A stretch of 56,779 bases of DNA, the filler included, from Sphacelaria rigidula (taxonomy: Eukaryota), in NCBI GenBank assembly GCA_964200075.2. It is 6 parts of 6 records of this genome, joined end to end, with 100 filler letters (N's around TTAATTAATTAA, not from the genome) between each part and the next. Parts side by side here need not be neighbours in the genome. Positions count along the whole stretch, not along the records: positions 47,401 to 56,779 come from CAXNAA020008632.1; 5 more parts are not named here. The stretch is one strand, 5' to 3'. The number at the start of each line of letters is the position of its first letter. Positions within the stretch are counted from its first letter, which is position 1. The position numbers and the translations under genes were made by a program. This document shows positions 47,719-56,779 of this stretch, one piece after another. Under the pieces are notes generated by a model. It was given only the letters and a program-made list of their open reading frames with translations. It was not told the DNA's origin and did no database searches.

Positions 47719-50700
47719 TTTTATAGCGTCATCGCCAAGCGACGCCAACCCCATCGAGGATCCGCCCGTACACAGCCGGGACGGAGCACGCCGGGTTCTC
47801 GCCGGACCAGGCTGATCTGGGACGGGGGGGGGGCGTTACCGCGGCATCAGTCGTAAAGATACAGAGCAACTCTTTGCAAATACAACACAACTGGTGGTGC
47901 ATTGTCACAGATGCACTGAAAGGGGCTGCTTCGCTGCCAAGAGAGTAACGACTTGAAGTCTTATGCTGCCTCAGCAATCTTCCCGGTTCTCCGGAGGAAC
48001 CCAAACATTCAGAGGGACAATGCTTTTTAGTGTCCAATGAGAAATCGATAGCCCAGCGCGAAGTAAAACTGCGTGTACGAAAGCATCAAGTCTTGGAGCG
48101 GCGATGGATCCCTTGCGCCGTGACCAGTGGGATTATCATGAAAAAAATATTCCGACAAAAAGTCTCATAGCTCTAAGGCCAAAAGCTTCCCTCGCATTTA
48201 TAAGCACAAGTGAGAGACGAAAATCAGCGGCTAACCGTCTTACCGCATCCGCACATAATTTGACAAGTCGTGCTCGCGCCATGACGTTGACGCCAATATG
48301 AGGTTCACGTGCTACAGGTAGGGGTAACTCACGTGCTACAGGTAGGGGAGATCAGGGAAGAACTATCGAATGGGACATTTTCTGTATCACTGTGCTGCAC
48401 CACAAACACACTCATGCTCTATCTCGTGTGCCGTGGCTGTTGCTGCGCTGTGGCGTCTTCAGGCTTTTGTGGAGACGGTTTAATGTCCGCTAGGAATGTC
48501 CGAGATGCTTCATATTGTCGTTCCGCTCGATCGTCTCTACGAAAAATAAAGTTGTCGGTACGCAGAGCTCTTTATAGACTGCTGAAGCGTTCATGGTGTG
48601 TTAGCTGTTACGTCTCGAGTCAAACGAATAGCATTTCTATGCTGCAGTTGCCGCTGTGCTGTTGTGCTTCTTAACACTTCCACGACGGGCATGGTGCGAT
48701 GTGCGCTGGAGAGTGCCTGAGCAGTTGTACTGCTGCATGCTGTACGTTGGTCTGCGCAGAACTGGGATGATATCAAAGTGCTGTCCAGACAAAGAAAAGT
48801 TGAAACAATCTTGACGTGACGGCTACGGAGCTGTCTGCTGCGTCTTCTCTGGTACTTCAGTTATAGTCGGGTGCTGTGATCGGGGAACACACGCAAGGCG
48901 GTTGCGGGCAGGTTGGGATTAACAAACTGAGCCAGCACGGATCTGCTGTATCCTCGTTTAATTGACGGCCACAGCTGTTTGCCACGCAGCGGCGCAATGT
49001 ATGGGCTAATCAAAGCTACTTTTCGACTCATATTCCATTCGTTTATCTCATCTGGTTGAAGAAAGGTCGCAGCATTTTGGTGTGCTCAAAGACCATGATT
49101 GGTCGAAAAACGATTCCGCTCATGATTCTTCTCCCGTTCAGTGGACCCAGTGCCCAATATTATGAGCACCCGTGCACGATGGGCACGGCCCATCTTTCCA
49201 AGGACAGAGGGCGTGTAGGGGACAGCTTGTCACTTGGCGTAGGGTGTACGGAGCGTGTGGGTACGCGACGTGAACTTGTAGTTGATGAGCCTCGCCGGAG
49301 CAGGGCTTACGCCGTGGGCACGGTGTGCCCGTGGCCTTGAGTGTGGAGCACCATCGTAGCCGAGAAGGGAATTGAGGAATAGCAGTCCTGGGGTTGACAG
49401 ACCTGGGCCAAAAGTAAGCACCACACCTGGAATGTGGACTAAGCTGTCAATAAGTGCACTTGCGTAGAGTGTAGAATTTTTTCTTCTTTTGTTGCGTCTG
49501 TTGCACTAGATAACACATGCCACATTGTTACACGCAGTGCACTCTTTGGCAGCGTCATAAATTGTCCAAGTTGTGATGGGAAGCGGGTCGGGTCATCCAG
49601 AGGTCAGTCATATATGCTCCTATCCCGAACCCCCCGAAAGGCTTGTCCCACAGTGTCAACTACAGCGCGGGTTCGGGCAGTGAATATGTCGAGAGAGAGC
49701 ATGAGACTTCGGCGAAGACGTTTGTAATCATCGTCAAAAAATGTATGACTACAACGGGCTGCGGACACCAAGGAGTTGCGTAGGGTAATCTCAAGAGGTC
49801 AAAACGTCGAAACTCTTGTCCCTCATGCCTCAGGCCACTCGGGGCAACACGTCTGAGTGTGCTGATGAATCGTCGATATTCCGCCCGCCGTCAAGTGTTG
49901 TGCCGCAGATTGAGTTGCGACACCGCTCCGCCACGGTGTAATGCACACGTGTGAGGAGAGATCGCTGCGACACTCGACTGTATTTCACCGTGGTCGAGTA
50001 TTTGGACTGTGCACACGAGATGGTGGAATAGTTTTCGGCAACAGCCATGGACGATCGGTCAAGCCCTTGTCGCACTATAAATCCTGTGCAAGTGTTCTTT
50101 ATTAGCACCTACACCTGGAGCCTCAACATCAGCTGCGTTCAATACGTACGGTCATATGCCGTGCCGTCTTTTATGTTGAACAGCTTTTGGTATGATGGTT
50201 ACAAATCCGCCGGACGACGAAAAGTGCTACATGCCAGCCCTCGCCACCATCAATACAGGCCCACACAGCCTTCTAACTAGGCAGGATGGGATGGGGGTCC
50301 GAGCCAGCCGGTACAGGCTACACAGCGCACATTAATACACTGGTGTTGAGGGTCCGTATCACAGATTCAGTGTACAGGTAGGATTTGGAGGGTGGAAAAC
50401 GATATATAAAAGTATCAACATCCATTGTAACATGGCGTGCCTGAAATGCAGCTCAAGCGCACAACACTCGGAACAAGGAATTATTCGGCCGTGTTGACTG
50501 TGGGCGGGAAGGCACGCGTACTGTCGCCAGCTGCACCTGATGCACATGACCGCGCCCAAGACTGGCGATAGGTGTGTAGGGCGTGACCGCACGTGAGCGT
50601 CTGGGCCCGTTTCTTGTCTCTAAGACACGAGCAGTACGTGATGGTCCAGAGATGGTCGAGGGGTCGACAGGTCAATACAGCCAAGCGAACGGGCGTCTCC

Positions 50701-53700
50701 GCCGTGGGAGTACAGGGTAGTTACAACAAATAAGTATCGTACTACTGTACCGTATTGTCTGAGACGAATGCCATGAACGCAAACGTGCCTACTGACCGCT
50801 GACGCTCTCAAAGCAAGCCAACACAGAGGACACATATCCTCATCGATCAATGTCGCGAGCGGATCATTATTTGTTGGAATCTTGGAGGGCATAGTGGGTT
50901 GATAGGTTTTGCACTGATGCAGAAGGCATGCGATGATAGGTGTACAGTCAGTCAGTATACAGGTACGGGTTTCAAGTTGTGAGGAACACGAGCCTCGTGG
51001 TGGTCGTGCCAACAGGCGCAAATGAAATGATGCACCACCGTACACTTACAATCGATAAGTTTGAGAGAGGGGAGGCCAAAACACAAAACACGATCGTCAA
51101 CGAGAAGACAGGCACTGAATAATTTACATAATGATGGTCCAGGAGAAAACACTTCGTGTGCTCTCGAAGGGCGAAAAGAGACTTCCGCATACTTGAACCA
51201 AAAGGACCGCATTAGTGAAGATCTTGGACAGTAGACGTTGGGCCGAGCTTCGGTACGCACCACAACTCCAACCGCCGTACGGTGTAAGTTCTACACTGGT
51301 GAATTGGGCAACTCTGCCAGAGTTGGCTCGGATGTTATTCTCCGAAAATAAGTGACTTGAAGGACGATACCGAACGCAGGGGTGGGAACTACAAGGATTT
51401 GATGTTTTGCTATGCGCAGATCTTCAGGACTTTCATCTCGCGTACCAAGTCAAAAGACGCTGTAGGGGATACATATCCACGACGTTTATGACACTAACCG
51501 GCAGAGGACACCGCGAGCTTACTGCTGCTGTCCGCACACAGGACTTCTCCTCTGCCCTACACTCTCCGCCACACCACGTCTTGCCGTCGATCGACCATAC
51601 GCGAAGCTGTAAATCTTCGCATGATATAACCAAATACCGGTGCACCCGGAACAACGGAGTCTGGTTTGGGTCTCATTACAACGCGGCGACAGAGCGCAAT
51701 CTGTGGAGCTACCATAACATGCCATTCCAGTGATATTTTTTGCCCGAGAGTGTAACGCTCGTTCTACCCTACTGCTGACTGACCGAAGGAAATAGTACCT
51801 TGGAAATCATGGAGATTCCCAACAGGTACGAGCCCCCGCGCCCTACTGAGTGATTTCAACACGAGAACATACACACGAGTAGATCCTCTGCGGTTCGCGG
51901 CTTACTGATCACCGTCGAGGTTACGGTACACAAGCCAGCTGAGTTTGCCTCGTCATCGCGTGCTACTGCAGTTGTGGTCAAAGTGTTCGTACGTTGGTCA
52001 GTGTATTTCAGTAAAAGTATGAAGTGCTGAAAAACACTTTTTACAAAAAATAAATTGTCGAGGTTGATATGAGCCCCGGATAGGAAGATGAAGGGGTGGC
52101 ACCAGTATCAAGCGGAATAAACAACCTGCACTGCACTATCCATACTTCCTCAGGTATGTCTACTTGAGTAAACATGCTGTCGGCATACCTTGGTGATCTT
52201 GGCCAAACCGTTGTCGCTTCTTCGATGACCCAAAAGCATTAGCGCCGAAATCGAGCTGGAGGTTCTGGCTTGTAGGTGCAGCAGCACCTCCTGGCAGCAT
52301 CCCGTTACCATTGTTCGCGCTTGAAGAGGATGTGTGTGGGCTGGCACCATGCGCCGATGGACTAAGCACACGCTTCCCCAGCATACTAGTGGCACACGGC
52401 GAATTACTGAACACTTCGGCCATGGTGGATGTTGTGATGATCTACCCAATCCAACCTCCTCTCCCTCCCTTTTTTCCCAGTCAACGAAAGAAGAACGCCG
52501 GGTACACTGTCTGGACAGAACAACAATTGGTACCACTTCTGCGCAGCACAACAATACAGTAGAGCAGTACAAACAGAGCGGTGATTGTAGTAGATACTGT
52601 TAGCTCGACTTCGTTTGTCAGAGAAGACTTGAGGAGTCCAGTTTCTCACGTACCCAGCTTCAGGGCCAGAACCACGCGACTGGAAAACTGTACCTCGACC
52701 CCGTGGTTAAGAGAGATCTGATCAGTCACGCGTTGGTTATGTACCCCCGCCGGAATACAGATTGTGGTACGGCAGTTCCTGCCTTGCATACACTGTACTG
52801 TATCGCAGTGTTTGTTGAGAGATGGCTTTTTACGACACTTTCTTCAGGGGGAGGAAATGGGTAGGGTATTATTTTTTTTCTCACGAAAACGTTTTTCAGT
52901 CAACGCTATCGCTACAATAATATACAGACTACTACAGACAGTAGGATAGTATAGACTCAACACTCATTGATCGATTCAACCGTGATTCAACTTGGGTTTG
53001 GTTGGTCGTACCTTCATGGCACGCCCAAATTTGGTGAGTACACGTTGTTTTCAGCAGAAAAAAGGGCAGAGAGGCTTTCAGAGTTTTTCGATGTACCGCA
53101 TCTTGTTGTATATGTTGGACTAGACCCGCACTGTCTGACTGTCGTGTGTGCTGATGTTACTATTATAGCTGTCTAGCTGTTGACAAACAAGACATCTTCT
53201 CTTTTTCTTCAATGTTTTGTTTCGTTTCGATATCCAATCTCGCCGCATCTAGTTCATCCACGGGTGCACGGGGTTGTGAGACAGTACGACGTATGATACG
53301 GCACGATCCTTGTTTGTTGTGTTGGTGCCATCAATCGTGTCTCTCCTTTGGGACACCCGGTTCTTCGTATAAACTGCAACAATCCATTTTAGGACGCTTC
53401 ATAGAGGTAACTTGAACCACTACCTTTGCTTCTCCGCGTTGACCTGATCACTACGGCGGAACCAACTCGAACTCGGACTTCACCTACCTCGTTTGATTCT
53501 GGCATGTGATGTTGGGTTGTCGCTACAGTAGGGGCAGCTGAAAAAGCGTCCTAGTGACTACTATACTGTGTGTCGCGAAACCTTCTCTTTTTTGCATGTC
53601 ATCGGTCACCTATGGCATCAGTCTCGCTCAGTTCATATATACGTGTTTTGCCCACGTCATGGTTTTGCAAAAGTGCGATATTTTTCATTTTTCATTTACT

Positions 53701-54080
53701 TCTACTACTTTTTCGCCCAAGAGAACCATTGACGATCCGTGCAAACAAATTTCGGCGACCGACGTTCTACGGTGGGTGCAGCAACGCCAGTGAGGAAGTA
53801 GGGATACCCAGCGGCTAGATTGTTGAATTACTGTAGACCAGCGGGTGCACGGGTAGCTGAGCTGTGCTGCTGTTTGATTCGCGCTGATATCTTCGTTATA
53901 CTTGCTTTTGCCGGCGCCGCGAGAGGGTGCACCCGTACCTTGAGAGTCTTCCAGTGACCGGGGCTATGCGCTCAGACGCGAGCACTAACTACTGTAACTC
54001 AAATTACAGCTTTACTCACAACGGCGACCATTTTGGGCACCATCAGTTCGCTTTTTGGTATCAGGTATAAATTACCAATA

Positions 54081-54770
54081 CGTGAGTTCGAATCTCGGTG
54101 AAGTCACAAGATCTTGGTTTTCTCTCGCATCATGCCCAACAGTGGAAAACGACCATGTCACGGATACACGAAGTTCGACTTTGCGCTCGACAAGGTAAAG
54201 AGTCCGCCGAACCCCTCTCCGACAAAAAGCAAGGCAAGCACCGCACAAGGAGGAGGTGGTGGTGGTGGTGTGTGTGTGTTTGTGCGTATTGTCGTCCCAT
54301 CTATTTTGGAGTCCAGTCCGCACCTTTCGGTATATGTGGGCGCATCAGCCGGGGTCACCCAGGAGGACGGTCAACACGGGAGTTTTTTTTTTTTAGTTCT
54401 CCACCTTCCTTTCTGCGGTGCTTGCGTTTGTTTTTTCATCGCGAGAGAGATTCAGCAGTCCCTTTTCCTCGTCGACCGTGACGTCGAATTTTGTGTACCC
54501 ACGACATAGTTGCTCTCCACTGTTGGGCATGGTGTGGGGAAAATTCCATATCGTGTGACTGCACCCAGATTCGAGCCAACCCACGACCCAACCGTCAGAA
54601 GATTGCGGGGTTACCGTCTGAGCCACCGAGGCAACCGACTTGTACTAAAGGCAAAAGAAGAGGAGAAAATCCTGTGTTGAACTCCCTCTTATGTGACCCC
54701 GGCTGATGTGCCCGCGTACACCGAAAGGTGTAGACTGGCGTCCAGCATAGATGGGATGAAGACACACACG
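54081..54770 (+). mobile_element. tRNA-derived SINE (5'-clipped), split into 54081-54260 and about 54640-54770
   Basis: B-box GAGTTCGAATC, a body homologous to the nested copy, and an ACACAC tail at about 54762-54769. Confidence 0.7.
54262..54639 (-). mobile_element. Complete tRNA-derived SINE nested antisense in the same-family SINE
   Basis: The minus strand reads GGTGGCTCAGACGG (A-box), then GGCTCGAATC (B-box), then the body, then a (CA)n/(CAC)n tail. Confidence 0.75.
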
Positions 54771-56397
54771 ACATACCATGGTATTTTTCATCTAACCACG
54801 GGAACAATTCTAAGCGTTATCCTTAGTTTGAGTTTTTGGAATCGACTGCTGGGGAACCTTTGGAGTCGCTTTACAAGAAACCGGGGACCCGCAGGGCAAC
54901 TGCCTGTGCTGGATGCCTACTATTCAGGGGTATACATCCAACATAGCCCTCACACGGGTCGCGTGATAAAGTGGTCAGGAGGTGAAAACGAAGGGGTTCC
55001 CTTGACGTGATCCATACGATGGTCCTGTCATTCACAGAAGGAGCAGCCGAGATACCTTCAGGTGCAAGAGTCGTGCACGATGAAAACAGTCCGTGCCCGT
55101 GATGTGAGGGTTTGTATCACGTCCGTCGTACTTCAGTGCGGCCTCACGACCTCACATACGTGCAATTTGTGACGGAGTATAGCATCCCCGATGGCAAGAT
55201 ATAATCCTCTATTTTTCAGTCCAAAATGCACCCAAGAAATCATCTCTTCGCAAGGACTCTACGAGCGAGGTCTTCCCAACAGCACGATATTCGGCTGAGT
55301 GGTGGGAAATCGAGTGTGAGGAAATTCTTGTCGTAGCTGTAACCTTCGTTGACTACGGAAGCAACGTCGTGGATATGTTCCCTTGCAGCGTTGGCATTAA
55401 CGCCCCCCGACATGAGCAAAGCAACACTGTTGTAGGCTAGCCGTTGGAACGTGTACAGGTCTACCACCATCGTCGCCATATTTACAGACGCCTGTGCTTT
55501 TGAAAAGACTTGGGGGAGATTGCCGCAAGCTTTGGCGCGACAATGCACTTCCATACGCTCGTAGTATGGGTATGGCCGTAGTCGGGAAAGTGTACACTTT
55601 GTACTTTGAAGGAACCAGACAATGTTGGACGCCCGTTTTTTATTCCAGCGAACTGCAATGTTCGTGGGCGTGAATATCTGACGAACTGAACAGTTTCGGA
55701 TAGTAAATATTCCTTCCCCAAGACATGAGGGAAACTCGTCACGATGAGTAGAAACGGGCTTCTGAAGCGGTCGAATTCCCTAGATTTCACCTTCATGAAA
55801 GTTACGCTTCCAGAAGAAAAACGGGTTTGGGAATGTTCTAAGAATATAAGTGTGACACGGTGGTACCTTCAATTTTATCCTAGGCTTCTTCTGTTTCGGA
55901 GGGCTTCCGTGGATTGAGTCCGTCTTGCTTGTGAGTCGTCGGCGGCGGTTAAGCTGGCGTGCGTTCTCTCACGTGTGCTACATGTGCCTTACCCTGCCGT
56001 TTGTTCTCGCTACTGCGCTTGCACTCAATACCCCAGGGGTACGTTTCAGTTTAGATCCTTGTGGACGCTCGTGTCTGACTACCCAACTTTGCATACGTGC
56101 TTCCTCCTTCGGTGCCAATGTACAAACAGGCGGGGAGTGACGAGAAGGTCGGGTATGACGCTGATCTACGAATACAATTGCAACCTCGCCCACCACCGTG
56201 TTCTCTCCCGATCATCTTAGGGTCTTCTTCGGGGTGCCGACGGCTAGTAATGGAGAAACTCGGATGGCCGGTGTGTACGATGAATGCATAACCTAGGTGT
56301 CGTCTACATAGCACTGAACTAGCTTGGGGTATAGTCCACGTCAGGTATCAATCTGACATATGTACAATATTTTATATCCCCCCAAAAAAACAAATAT

Positions 56398-56717
56398 CAC
56401 GCCACTCACTGCCTAACCTGGGCAACCAGGTTATCGCTTTGTTTTTCGCGCGCTTGCGTTTTTGTTGCGGTAACCATGGTGGTAGTCAAGCTAGATCATT
56501 CTGTGCATGGTGTGGGAACCTCAACTCCGCGCAAAGGAGATTATCGCACCACGTCGCGTTAAAGTGGTGAGACACCCATGAAGCAGTGTGTAAGCCGTGG
56601 CTATCTCTGAAGGTGGCGATACAAAAAATGAAGCAATTCATTGTAGGCTGTCATTCAAGTGAAAGATAACCAGTACGCTTCGCGCGGAACAATCTCAGTA
56701 GGATGCAGCTCGCCCTT
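56398..56717. repeat. Opposite TIR of Academ copy 2 (may extend to the window end)
   Basis: Reverse complement of 47401-47718. Confidence 0.9.
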
Positions 56718-56779
56718 CATGCGACTCGCCGAGAACACCACGGCGCTTCGCGCTTGGTGATTGATCGCGAGCCTGGTCC

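Larger units (their letters stand above)
47401..56779 (-). mobile_element. Academ(X)-like DNA transposon, copy 2, with TIRs of at least 318 bp and a heavily decayed gene
   Basis: 47401-47718 is an imperfect reverse complement of 56398-56717. Minus-strand remnants occur in Academ order: GYSYD (about 55340), YDGRDTNPHITGT (about 55110), SPGHWK (about 53955), NETQTRL (about 51670), VWSIDG (about 51590), ILTDC (about 50950), ALELHFRHAMLQW (about 50440), GW and Cys remnants (50240-50070). Confidence 0.7.

Noticed and set aside
48305-48348. 20-bp tandem duplication TCACGTGCTACAGGTAGGGG
   Set aside because: Two copies only; an ordinary local duplication.
48360-48430. Minus-strand ECVCGAAQ as a post-SET motif
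   Set aside because: No SET-domain motifs were found upstream and the motif is interrupted by a stop.
54540-54639. tRNA gene
   Set aside because: It has A/B boxes but no clean cloverleaf, and it continues into a repeated SINE body.
54128-54770. A-B-A'-B' pseudoknot-like RNA
   Set aside because: Fully explained by one SINE inserted antisense into another.

Overview
This is repeat-dense eukaryotic DNA, most likely from a brown alga or other stramenopile. That assignment is an inference from the style of the TE families and was not tested. The window is not one locus. It is six contigs of 9381, 9380, 9380, 9380, 9379 and 9379 bp joined by 100-bp N/TTAATTAATTAA/N linkers, apparently size-sorted, so adjacency across linkers means nothing. 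No intact host gene was found. Contig 1 holds a decayed Ty3/Gypsy pol, a LINE, a MITE and a piggyBac-like insertion. Contig 2 holds a Ty1/Copia element with LTRs, two MITEs and a scrambled fold-back array of one RT segment. Contigs 3 and 6 each look like nearly a whole ~9.4-kb Academ(X)-type DNA transposon (DDE-like transposase + XPG/FEN1-type nuclease + Cys-rich finger), and the two share long terminal and subterminal sequence. Contig 4 holds a gag-like ORF and a DIRS/Ngaro-type tyrosine-recombinase retrotransposon. Contig 5 holds a ~280-bp palindrome, a 4 x ~303-bp non-coding array whose units are bracketed by 22-bp inverted repeats, and a decayed, intron-split transposase-like gene. All alignments and motif matches were made by eye, and boundaries are approximate.
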